Shown here: positions 9,059 through 17,583 of the stretch, in pieces | How positions within the stretch are numbered: position 1 is the stretch's first letter | Layout: each line of letters starts with the position of its first letter | Source: Janthinobacterium lividum | GTDB taxonomy: Bacteria; Acidobacteriota; Terriglobia; Terriglobales; Acidobacteriaceae | Direction: 5' to 3' | DNA length: 64,000 bases | NCBI GenBank assembly: GCA_050954745.1 | Contig: JBPBQP010000055.1 | Location: 470 to 64,469 of the forward strand | The notes under the pieces: generated by a model | Databases searched by the model: none | Told to the model about the DNA's origin: nothing | Seen by the model: only the letters and a program-made list of their open reading frames with translations | Position numbers and translations under genes: made by a program

Positions 9059-9836
9059 CGACGAAACAGGCCTGCAGGTCGCTGCATGCGGCAGCACGCT
9101 GGCAGTTGGATCGCGGCGTTCTGGCCTGGTCGCTCGAGGCCGTCGCGACGCTGCAGTGACTGCGGTGAATGAGCACTACGATCGCGCCATCGTTCTGTCA
9201 CAGGCTGGCGATTTTTCCGCCGCAGCATCGAGCTTCCAGCTCGCAGCGGAGATGGGCCATGCCGAGTCGCAATACATGCTGAGTACGCTGTACGACGCAG
9301 GCGAAGGCGTAGCGCAGGACATGGAAGCGGCCGCAAGGTGGGAGCGCCGCGCCGCAGAGCAGGGCCATCGGTACGCACAGGCGAACCTAAGCTTTCGCTT
9401 TTACTCGGCGGGCGACTTCGCCGATGCGTTTCTGTGGTGCGAGAGAGCTGCGACGCAGAACCTGGCATGGGCGCAGTACAACCTGGGCCTGATGTATCGC
9501 AAGGGCGAGGGCGTCGTGCCGGACGACTTTGAGGCTGCACGCTGCTACCGCAAGGCAGCCCTGCAGGGCTTCTCCGAGGCGCAGACGAAGTTGGGCGAGT
9601 TGTACTCGCTTGGACGGGGTGTGGCTCAGAGCGACCTTGAAGCGGTTGCGTGGTATCGACGTGCCGCAGAGCAGGGCGTCGCCGAGGCCCAGTACCAGCT
9701 GGGACACTGCTATGCAGTTGCGCTGGGGGTAGAGCATGATTATGTCCAGTCGCGCCACTGGATTCAGCAGGCTGCCCGGCAGGGCCATTCCAGGGCGGTC
9801 CGCGAGCAGCGGGATCGGGAGTACCGCGATCCGTAA
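9048..9836 (+). CDS. Sel1-like (SLR/TPR-family) repeat protein
   Basis: ORF 8715..9836 trimmed to ATG 9048 (MADNDETG...); upstream of that it only overlaps the J-domain gene in another frame. Repeated units of the form A..W..RAAEQGH..AQ.NLG..Y..G.GV are visible. It overlaps the J-domain gene by 11 nt. Confidence 0.8.
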   Translation: MADNDETGLQVAACGSTLAVGSRRSGLVARGRRDAAVTAVNEHYDRAIVLSQAGDFSAAASSFQLAAEMGHAESQYMLSTLYDAGEGVAQDMEAAARWERRAAEQGHRYAQANLSFRFYSAGDFADAFLWCERAATQNLAWAQYNLGLMYRKGEGVVPDDFEAARCYRKAALQGFSEAQTKLGELYSLGRGVAQSDLEAVAWYRRAAEQGVAEAQYQLGHCYAVALGVEHDYVQSRHWIQQAARQGHSRAVREQRDREYRDP

Positions 9837-9902
9837 CAGCCGCTGCCGGCTCAACTCTGCAGCCCTCTGTGTTCGCGGAATCCGCATCACACTCCGAGGC
9901 AA

Positions 9903-9928
9903 CATCGTGTCGCATTTGGAACACGATG
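9903..9928. promoter_or_regulatory. Perfect 8-bp inverted repeat CATCGTGT-N10-ACACGATG upstream of the LysM gene
   Basis: Read directly from the sequence, about 65 nt upstream of ATG 9991 and 67 nt downstream of the Sel1 gene stop. No T-tract follows, so it could be an operator or a weak terminator. Confidence 0.3.
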
Positions 9929-9990
9929 CCGACGGTCCCAGAAGTTCGTCACAACCCGGCATATTCGTGCCCACGAAATAGGAGTTTTAC

Positions 9991-10380
9991 ATGGCAGATC
10001 AGGCAGCACTCGAGCAAAAGTATGCCCCCGTTGGGCAGGCACTCACCGACTTCAGCGAATACGGCGCGAAGATGGAAGGCATTTTCATGCAGGGCGACAA
10101 GCTCGTTCTAAAGTGTTCGGTGCCTTCCAAGGTGGTTTCCAACCGCGTGTGGGATGCGATCAAGAAGGTCGACCCCAACTATGCAGACTTCGAGATCCAG
10201 ATGACCGTAACTGGTGGGGATGAGCAGCCGTACGAGATCAAGTCCGGCGACACCCTGAGCGCCATTTGCCTCAAGTTCTACGGCAACGCGAATAAGTACC
10301 CAGAGGTCGCGAAGGCGAATAACATGGATCCGAACCACGTGTCCGCAGGCAAGACGATCCAGCTGCCAGTCCTTTCGTAA
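9991..10380 (+). CDS. LysM-domain protein, YgaU/Kbp-like (N-terminal BON-like segment plus C-terminal LysM), no signal peptide
   Basis: 129 aa with AGGAG 7 nt upstream. The C-terminal YEIKSGDTLSAICLKFYGNANKYPEVAKANNMDPNHVSAGKTIQLP is a typical LysM. Confidence 0.75.
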   Translation: MADQAALEQKYAPVGQALTDFSEYGAKMEGIFMQGDKLVLKCSVPSKVVSNRVWDAIKKVDPNYADFEIQMTVTGGDEQPYEIKSGDTLSAICLKFYGNANKYPEVAKANNMDPNHVSAGKTIQLPVLS

Positions 10381-10404
10381 GAGACACCTAGATCGCAAGT
10401 AGGT

Positions 10405-10434
10405 AAAAGGCGCTCACCCAGGTGAGCGCCTTTA
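10405..10434 (+). terminator. Rho-independent terminator after the LysM gene
   Basis: GGCGCTCACC / GGTGAGCGCC 10-bp stem flanked by an A-run and followed by TTTA, 25 nt after the stop codon. Confidence 0.75.
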
Positions 10435-10435
10435 T

Positions 10436-10524
10436 GGTGAGAGTGCTGCACTCGCACCTGAAATAAAGAATTCTTACTTCATCCTAAGCAGTCAGGCACC
10501 TCGAAGCTGGCTGCTTTCGAGGTG
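10436..10524 (+). promoter_or_regulatory. Three dyad symmetries in the leader/promoter region of the Cys/His mini-protein operon
   Basis: GGTGAGAGTGC-T-GCACTCGCACC (10436-10458, 10 of 11 pairs), AAGAATTCTT (10466-10475, perfect) and CACCTCGAA-N10-TTCGAGGTG (10497-10524, perfect 9 bp). All lie within 150 nt upstream of GTG 10586. Confidence 0.35.
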
Positions 10525-10585
10525 GCTGGCCGGTATTTGGCAGATTGCTGAATCAAAGCCGGCGCAATGTGCCACTCTAGTTGCA

Positions 10586-10969
10586 GTGCGTCGTCTCCTG
10601 TCCATTGTGCTGCTGGTCGTTTTCTCCATGCCCTTTCTCGCGCCGCTGGCTGCGCGGGCGCAGGGTGCGGAAGCAGCGCTGCCGGCGTGTTGCAGGATGA
10701 GCGGCAAGCACCATTGCATGACGAGCGTCGATGAGCATGGCAAGCCCATCCATCAGGAACAAGTGTTTCATGCGCCCAAACCGAGCTGTCCGATGGCAAC
10801 CCTTGTGGTAGCCCCCACGCGGCCTGGCCCGAATGTGTCGCCTTCTACTGCCGACCTGCTCTCCGCAAGTCTGATAAGCCAGCCTTTCATTGCCGTGCAA
10901 ATGGAGTGCAAGCGCCGCATCTCCGAACTGCGATGCCGGCAAAAGCGCGGCCCACCCCAGCAAGCCTGA
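10586..10969 (+). CDS. Small secreted Cys/His-motif protein, paralog 1 (LPACCRMSGKHHC)
   Basis: 127 aa, GTG start, hydrophobic signal-like N-terminus (LLSIVLLVVFSMPFLAPLAARA). It shares the motif LPACCRxxGKHHC, a later CPxA motif and a C-terminal KRGPP tail with the next ORF. Confidence 0.7.
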   Translation: MRRLLSIVLLVVFSMPFLAPLAARAQGAEAALPACCRMSGKHHCMTSVDEHGKPIHQEQVFHAPKPSCPMATLVVAPTRPGPNVSPSTADLLSASLISQPFIAVQMECKRRISELRCRQKRGPPQQA

Positions 10970-11194
10970 TTTCGCACAGGAGTGATGGTTGCCGCCGCGC
11001 TGTGGCGAGCGTCCATCGTTCTTACCAGGCTTTGTAGAGTCGCTGCCGATCTTTGCCGGTGAGCTGCTCCGGGTGTACAGGCTTCCGAATGAACCCTCGC
11101 ACAGCAAATAGAACATTGATCTATCGCCACTCGTCAGGCGGCGGCTTGCAGACGCGCAGACACGCTCCAGGAAGGCGTCGGTGACACCATAACC

Positions 11195-11608
11195 ATGCTC
11201 TCGCACCTGCAAAGAATGACCGAACAACTCCGACGCTTCAGCGCTGCGGTGCTGCTCGTCTTTTTTTTGCTCTCGCCGCTGGTGCCGGCGGCAACGGCTT
11301 TGCAGCATGACGAGCACGCGACGCTACCCGCATGCTGCAGACTCCACGGCAAACATCATTGCTCCGGGATGCATTCGGGTACGGCTGACTACAACAAGCA
11401 ACCAGCCGTCGCGCAGCTTACGGAAAAGTGCCCGTACGCACTCGCGACGACCGTCAGCGCACACGGTAGCGCCTTCGATGCTGCCGTCTCGAAACCTGCT
11501 TTTGCTGGTCTCGCCTCGCATCCCACGATCCTGCCGCGTGCCGTCATCCAGCACGGCAGATCATTCGATCGATCCAACGGGAAACGCGGTCCACCACACA
11601 CCTCCTAG
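11195..11608 (+). CDS. Small secreted Cys/His-motif protein, paralog 2 (LPACCRLHGKHHC)
   Basis: 137 aa (an alternative start at ATG 11216 is possible), with signal-like AAVLLVFFLLSPLVPAATA. Same three conserved motifs as paralog 1. The stop lies 58 nt before the TonB-dependent receptor start. Confidence 0.7.
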   Translation: MLSHLQRMTEQLRRFSAAVLLVFFLLSPLVPAATALQHDEHATLPACCRLHGKHHCSGMHSGTADYNKQPAVAQLTEKCPYALATTVSAHGSAFDAAVSKPAFAGLASHPTILPRAVIQHGRSFDRSNGKRGPPHTS

Positions 11609-11666
11609 CCTGATGCAACAACGAAGCCTGCATAAGCCTGTATGCCGATCCGTTCCAGGAGTAAGT

Positions 11667-14537
11667 GTGTTCCTATCCAAGCGCTCGACCGCATTACCGC
11701 TGATCCTCTTCTTATTGTCCCCCGCTGCCTTCGCGCGGCAAACACTTACCACAGCCTCCATTGCCGGACGAGTAACTGACGCTTCGGGTGCCATGGTCAG
11801 CGACGCTGCCGTGACCGCCACGCAGGTTGCTACCAACCGGAGCCAGGTCGTACAAACCGACAAGGAAGGCCGCTTTCGGCTGCCATTTCTGCCAGTCGGG
11901 CAATACATCGTCACTGCAGTTGCCGGCGGCTTTGCGGAAGGGAAGCGACAGGTCCAACTGACAGTCGGTTCAGCCTTCGATCTGTCGTTCACGCTCGCAG
12001 TCGGCTCCTCCGCGACGGCAGTTGATGTGCGCGGTGAGGCGCCCATTGTGGAGGAAAATCGAAGCCAGATTGCGGCAACGGTAAGTGAGCAGGAGGCGAC
12101 CAACCTACCGTTCAATGGCCGCAATTACCTTGACCTTGCATTGCTGGTTCCGGGCGTTTCGCCCACAAATACCAACAGCGTGCAAACCTTTGCGGAGACC
12201 TCGCCGGTCATTGGCCAGGGCTACTCGATGAATAGCCAGCGGAACTTCTCCAACGGCTTTATCGTGGACGGTCTCTCTGCCAACGACGACGCGGCAGGCC
12301 TCGCCGGCAACGTCTACGGCTTGAATGTCATTCGCGAATTCCAGGTGGTGACGTCCGGCGGCCAGGCAGAGTTTGGGCGCGCGCTGGGTGGTTATTTCAA
12401 CATCATTACAAAGAGCGGCACCAACAACCTTCATGGCGACCTGTACGGCTTTTGGCGCAATCAAAGATTGAATGCGAACAATGCTCTTTCCGGAGGCAAG
12501 CTACCGCTGACGCAGGGCCAATATGGTGGCAGCTTGTCTGGACCCATTCAGCGAGACCGCACCTTTGCGTATGCAAACTTTGAACAGCGACGCCTGAACA
12601 CAGACGGCATCCTTACGATTACACCAGGGAACGCGACGGCGATTAACACACGTCTGCAGGCCACTGGTTATCGGGCACCTTTGCTGATCGTGGGTACCGG
12701 CCCGACAACGCTTTACCCCACGACGGTGCACACGACGAACGGCTTTGGCCGCATTGATCGCCAGTTCACCAGTCGCGACCAGTTCAACCTTCGCTACAGC
12801 CTCTACCGGCTTGACTCCATCAACGCACGTGGCTCCGGCAGCCTGGCTGCGGTGAGCAATGGAACGGCCGTGCGTGATGTGGATCACACGGTTGCGGTCA
12901 GCAACATCGCGACGGTTTCACCGCGTACCTTCAACGAGACACGCGCACAGTTCACCTACGACAGTCTGAATGCTCAGCCGAACGATGAACTTGGACCGGC
13001 CGTTACCATCTCGGGCGTGGCATCGTTCGGGCGCTTTTCTAGTTCGCCCACGGCGCGGCTCAACTACCTCTATGAAGTTGTGGATAACCTGGTATTACAG
13101 CGAGGTGCCCACACCTTTAAGACAGGAGTGGACTTTCTCTATAACCGCGACACGATTACATTTCCGCAATCGCTCCGCGGGGCTTATACCTTTTCTTCAC
13201 TTACAAACTTCCTAGCGGGCACTTACAACGCGCAGGGGTATACGCAGTCCTTCGGCGTTCCCACAATCGCGCAGAATAATCCAAACGTGGGTTTTTACCT
13301 GCAGGATGAGTGGAAGGTCTCACCCCGCTTCACGATGAATGCAGGTTTGCGTTACGACCTGCAGTTCCTGCGCACCATCCATACCGACACCAACAATGTG
13401 TCGCCTCGCGTAGGCTTTGCATGGTCGCCGTACGGTACTGCAGGGACCGTGGTGCGTGGTAGCTATGGCCTGTTCTACGACCGGATCCCGCTGCGTGCGC
13501 TAGCCAACGCGCTGCTCTCTGCGAACAATACAACGGACCCAACGCAGGCTGCGTTGCTAAGTTATACGTTTACCCCCGGACAGGCAGGCGCACCCACATT
13601 TCCCAACGTAGCGGCCGCACCGCCGGCAGGTGCGCTGCTGAACTACACGCTGATGAACCGCCACATTGAAAATGCGTACGCCCAGCAGGCGAGCCTGGAA
13701 GTGGAGCAACAATTAACGAGCCGCAGCAGTGTCGGCATCAGCTATCAACACCTGCGTGGCCTGCACTTGCTGACGTCCATCAACAGCAACATCAACGTGG
13801 ATGGCACACGACCAAATCCCGCCTACGGCAATGCCCGCGGCTACGACTCCAGGGCGGATTCCTACTACGACGGCCTTGCGGTGTCGATGGTGCAGCGGCC
13901 CACCAACTGGGCCAGCGCACGGCTCTCTTACACGTGGTCGAAAGCAATCGACGACGTGGGTGAGTTTTTCTTCAGCGCGCCGGTCAATAACTTCTTTGTG
14001 GGGCAGGATCGCAGCCGTTCCGATGACGATCAGCGACACCGCGTGGTCTTTGACGCGTCGCTCAACTCGCCAACAAGTCGCCCGAACAGCTTTGCCGGGC
14101 ACCTGACGCATGGCTGGAGAATCGGCGGCATTTTGCAGTATTACTCGCGGTTGCCTTTCAACATTGTTACGGGAACGACGACAAAGCAGGGAACCACACA
14201 GCGTCCGTGTTCGCCCGGCTACAACCTGACCGCGAGCGGCGGCAACAATCCATGCACGCAGGCGCTGCCGGGCTCGCTTATCGGTAGAAATTTCGGTTCA
14301 GGTTTTGATTTCTTCAGTCTCAATGCCCGCCTTAGCCGCACGTTTGCTCTTACGGAACGGGTCAAGCTGGAAAGCATCGCCGAGGGCTTCAATGCCCTGA
14401 ACCATCGCAATGACATGATCCCGAACGGCACCTTTGGCAGCGGTGCGTTTCCATCGACGCCGACCAGCACCTTTGGCCAAGCGACTGCCGTAGGTGACCC
14501 GCGCAGTGTTCAACTGGCGGCCCGCTTCAGCTTCTAA
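11667..14537 (+). CDS. TonB-dependent outer-membrane receptor with a CarboxypepD_reg-like N-terminal domain
   Basis: ORF 11307..14537 trimmed to GTG 11667 (AGGAG 5 nt upstream). Signal peptide FLSKRSTALPLILFLLSPAAFA. N-terminal IAGRVTDASGAMVSDAAVTATQ...DKEGRFRLPFLPVGQYIV beta-sandwich. About 950 aa of barrel ending in the aromatic terminal residue ...LAARFSF. Confidence 0.9.
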   Translation: MFLSKRSTALPLILFLLSPAAFARQTLTTASIAGRVTDASGAMVSDAAVTATQVATNRSQVVQTDKEGRFRLPFLPVGQYIVTAVAGGFAEGKRQVQLTVGSAFDLSFTLAVGSSATAVDVRGEAPIVEENRSQIAATVSEQEATNLPFNGRNYLDLALLVPGVSPTNTNSVQTFAETSPVIGQGYSMNSQRNFSNGFIVDGLSANDDAAGLAGNVYGLNVIREFQVVTSGGQAEFGRALGGYFNIITKSGTNNLHGDLYGFWRNQRLNANNALSGGKLPLTQGQYGGSLSGPIQRDRTFAYANFEQRRLNTDGILTITPGNATAINTRLQATGYRAPLLIVGTGPTTLYPTTVHTTNGFGRIDRQFTSRDQFNLRYSLYRLDSINARGSGSLAAVSNGTAVRDVDHTVAVSNIATVSPRTFNETRAQFTYDSLNAQPNDELGPAVTISGVASFGRFSSSPTARLNYLYEVVDNLVLQRGAHTFKTGVDFLYNRDTITFPQSLRGAYTFSSLTNFLAGTYNAQGYTQSFGVPTIAQNNPNVGFYLQDEWKVSPRFTMNAGLRYDLQFLRTIHTDTNNVSPRVGFAWSPYGTAGTVVRGSYGLFYDRIPLRALANALLSANNTTDPTQAALLSYTFTPGQAGAPTFPNVAAAPPAGALLNYTLMNRHIENAYAQQASLEVEQQLTSRSSVGISYQHLRGLHLLTSINSNINVDGTRPNPAYGNARGYDSRADSYYDGLAVSMVQRPTNWASARLSYTWSKAIDDVGEFFFSAPVNNFFVGQDRSRSDDDQRHRVVFDASLNSPTSRPNSFAGHLTHGWRIGGILQYYSRLPFNIVTGTTTKQGTTQRPCSPGYNLTASGGNNPCTQALPGSLIGRNFGSGFDFFSLNARLSRTFALTERVKLESIAEGFNALNHRNDMIPNGTFGSGAFPSTPTSTFGQATAVGDPRSVQLAARFSF

Positions 14538-14585
14538 CCCACTGCCGGGTCGCCCACGGCGGCGGCCCGCTTTCCTGGAGGCACC

Positions 14586-16013
14586 ATGTCACAAGCGACT
14601 CTCTCCGCAAAAGGTACGCCCGCAGGGCTCGATCACCGCACGGTCTGGCGCTGGCACTTTTACGCGGGGCTGTTCTGCATCCCATTTGTTCTTTGGCTGT
14701 CGGTCACGGGGACTGTCTTTCTTTTCCATCCTCAGATTCAGAAATGGCTTGACCGGCCCTACGATCATCTTTCCATCGCACCGCGCGCGACGGCAAATGC
14801 CCAGGTGCAGGCGGCCTTAGCAGCCGTTCCAGGCACCACCTTTGACTCGTACGAACTGCCCCACTCGGCCACGTCCGCGGCGCAGGTCCTGGTGGACAAA
14901 GGCTCGCAACAGTTTCGGGTGTATGTCCATCCGGAAACTCTTGCTGTCTTACATGTCGACAACGAAGACCACCGGGTCGATGTGTTCACCTCGCGCCTGC
15001 ATGGGGAGCTGTTACTCGGCAAGTACGGTTCGTGGATTGTTGAACTCGCTGGAAGCTGGGCGGTGGTCATGATCCTGACGGGTTTGTATCTGTGGTGGCC
15101 GAGTCATACAAAGGGTTTGGGCGGCATCCTCTATCCACGATCCGGGCAAGGGAGGCGCGGCTTCTGGAAAGACATCCACGCGGTGACTGGTATCTATGTC
15201 TCGTTCTTTGCGCTCTTTCTTTTGCTGACCGGCTTGCCGTGGGCGAAAAGCTGGGGCGGCTACCTGAAGGCCATCCGGCACGTCAGCGCAGGCCATGCAG
15301 CGCAGCAGGACTGGACAACAAGCAGTGCAGATGTGCTGGCAGCACGTGCGTCACGCAGCGACTCTGCCATGGCTGGCATGCAGGGCTTGGATCACGGCTC
15401 CAGCAAGGGTGCTGCGCATGCGGAACACGCAGGTGGGTGGGGGCGTCACGGCACTATGTTGTCGGGGCCCATGGCATTCGTCGCGCTGGACAGGATGGTG
15501 TCCACGGTTGCACCGTTGCAGCTGGTAAATCCTGTGCTGATCGCGCCGCCCATGCACGAAGGAGGGAACTGGAGCGCAAAGTCGGACACACGCGACCGCC
15601 CCCTCCGCGTCGATCTGCTTCTGGATGGTGCAAGTGGTGCGGTCCTCAAGCGCACCGACTTCTATACGAAACCCTGGCTCGACCGTGCCATTGGCATCGG
15701 TATTGCAGCGCACGAGGGGCAACTGTTCGGCGTGCTCAACCAAATGGTCAGCTTCTTCACAACGGTGGGACTCTTGCTGCTCAGCGTGAGCGGTCTGGTC
15801 ATGTGGTGGCGACGGAAGCCGGAGGGTGTTTTGGGTGCGCCTGCAGGCATCCGACGAGTGCGCTTCTCAGCTGGCCTCATCGCGACCATGATCTTTCTCG
15901 GCATCTACTTCCCGTTTTTGGGGGGCTCAATGCTCCTGGTTGGCGTGGTGGAACGTTTCGTGCTGCGCAGGCTTGCTGTGACTCAACACTGGCTTGGCCT
16001 GGAGCGGGTTTAA
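14586..16013 (+). CDS. PepSY-associated TM-helix protein (PiuB-like inner-membrane protein)
   Basis: 475 aa. The N-terminal HRTVWRWHFYAGLFCIPFVLWLSVTG and the repeated TM/PepSY layout are typical of this family. The central loop is Met/His-rich (SAMAGMQGLDHGSSKGAAHAEHAGGWGRHGTM). Confidence 0.85.
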   Translation: MSQATLSAKGTPAGLDHRTVWRWHFYAGLFCIPFVLWLSVTGTVFLFHPQIQKWLDRPYDHLSIAPRATANAQVQAALAAVPGTTFDSYELPHSATSAAQVLVDKGSQQFRVYVHPETLAVLHVDNEDHRVDVFTSRLHGELLLGKYGSWIVELAGSWAVVMILTGLYLWWPSHTKGLGGILYPRSGQGRRGFWKDIHAVTGIYVSFFALFLLLTGLPWAKSWGGYLKAIRHVSAGHAAQQDWTTSSADVLAARASRSDSAMAGMQGLDHGSSKGAAHAEHAGGWGRHGTMLSGPMAFVALDRMVSTVAPLQLVNPVLIAPPMHEGGNWSAKSDTRDRPLRVDLLLDGASGAVLKRTDFYTKPWLDRAIGIGIAAHEGQLFGVLNQMVSFFTTVGLLLLSVSGLVMWWRRKPEGVLGAPAGIRRVRFSAGLIATMIFLGIYFPFLGGSMLLVGVVERFVLRRLAVTQHWLGLERV

Positions 16014-16289
16014 GCAAGCGCATCGATCAAACCAGACACATCTATGCGGCACGCCATACCGGGCGGCCAGGCATGCGAAACATAACTTGAATGCCAGCGA
16101 AGGAACGTGTCCGAAGCGGTCAACCAATAAGGTGCGAATGCGATGGATACCCGCAAAGCGAACTTGTCGGCAGTGTGAGAAATGCTCAAGATGGTTGGGT
16201 CGTCCTGCTTTCGATGAAAGAGAGCAGGCAGGCAGTTTGTGCCTCAAAGCTGCCTCGTGCCTTGCGGGGAAAATGATGGCAGCTATAAG

Positions 16290-17489
16290 TCATGGCTTCG
16301 CGAGCGCTGCCCCGCTTAGTTGTGCAATTGCTCCCAGCGTTGTCTGGGCGGCGTTCAGGCCCAGGCGGAAGTCGTCGTCGTTGTAGAACGAGTACAGGTC
16401 AGTGGGTTGGTGGTGTTGTGGATCCCAGCCGCTGCCCATCTGCGCACCACGCTCCATTTCACGCAGGCTGATGGACGGCGTCAGGTTCATGAATGGACTG
16501 GAGTCCGTATTCGTCATGTGCGGACCCACGTTCGCCGGAAAGTCTGGCGCGTACTTGTCGTTCGCCAGTTGAAACTGATGCGCCATGGTCATGGCGGCGT
16601 CCGCATACTTTGAGGTGGACTGGTATTCAATATTGACATCCGCTTCTGGCCGCTGCTGCTTGTTCATGGTGCCGTCTTTCAGCGGCATGCCGTGGTCGTA
16701 CAGCATCATGTCGTGTTGAATCATGCCAAGCCACTTGGGCTCCGGAAATTTGCCAGATCCGACAGGGGTTTCGATGCCCTGCAGAGCTTTGCGTTGATCC
16801 ACATAGGCTGTAGCGCCGTTCAATCCCGTCTCTTCGTTGTTCCACAGGGCGAATCGGATGGAGGTGTCGGTCGTCACGTCAGGATTGCTGAAGATACGTG
16901 CCAACTCCATGACCAGCGCCGTGCCTGAGCCATCGTCATTCGCCGCTTCACCCCACCCAATACCGTCCATGTGCGCGCCCAGGATGTACATCTGATCCGG
17001 GTGCCTGGATCCGATCTTGGTGCAGAAGACCTCTTCGCGTTCGCCCGGGGTTGAGGGCTGCGTGTTCAAGGCCCGCAGCTTTTCATCGGGCTGCTTCATG
17101 GGGTCTTCGTTGACGCGGTCGGGCTGAATGTTGCCGCGACGCCGGGAACCGCCGAGGCCAACGGAGCGATCAACCGGCGGGCGTCCAGTGCGCGGCACCA
17201 CCGGGGCAGGCTGGAAGTCGTAACGTACGCGCTCGGTGGCGCAGCCATAGCTTTTCAGTTGCGCTTCAATCCAGTCCACTGCGGCGCGGTTGCGGTCTGT
17301 ACCCTGTCGGCGATCGCCAAATTGGGTAAGTCCCTTGATGGTTGCTTTATAGCCGTCTAATGCAAGCCTGCTGACCAGCGCTGGAACAGGGTCGTTCGCA
17401 GATGCCAGGGGCGCAACTGCGCCTGTCTGCGCAGAGGCAGACAGGCCAATCAAGCAAAGAGCGAGTGAAGAACTATGGCGCATTTTCAT
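16290..17489 (-). CDS. Secreted M28-family zinc aminopeptidase
   Basis: Signal peptide MKMRHSSSLALCLIGLSASAQ. Motifs ILGAHMDG, ANDDGSGTALVMELAR and LWNNEETGLNGA match the M28 metal ligands. Confidence 0.85.
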   Translation of the reverse strand: MKMRHSSSLALCLIGLSASAQTGAVAPLASANDPVPALVSRLALDGYKATIKGLTQFGDRRQGTDRNRAAVDWIEAQLKSYGCATERVRYDFQPAPVVPRTGRPPVDRSVGLGGSRRRGNIQPDRVNEDPMKQPDEKLRALNTQPSTPGEREEVFCTKIGSRHPDQMYILGAHMDGIGWGEAANDDGSGTALVMELARIFSNPDVTTDTSIRFALWNNEETGLNGATAYVDQRKALQGIETPVGSGKFPEPKWLGMIQHDMMLYDHGMPLKDGTMNKQQRPEADVNIEYQSTSKYADAAMTMAHQFQLANDKYAPDFPANVGPHMTNTDSSPFMNLTPSISLREMERGAQMGSGWDPQHHQPTDLYSFYNDDDFRLGLNAAQTTLGAIAQLSGAALAKP

Positions 17490-17583
17490 AACGTCCCCTT
17501 ATACGGCGGTGCAGACCGTTGCGCTGTCGGCGCTTAGAGACAGAGTGACACACATGATGGCGGTGAACCAACTTGCGTGTTCG

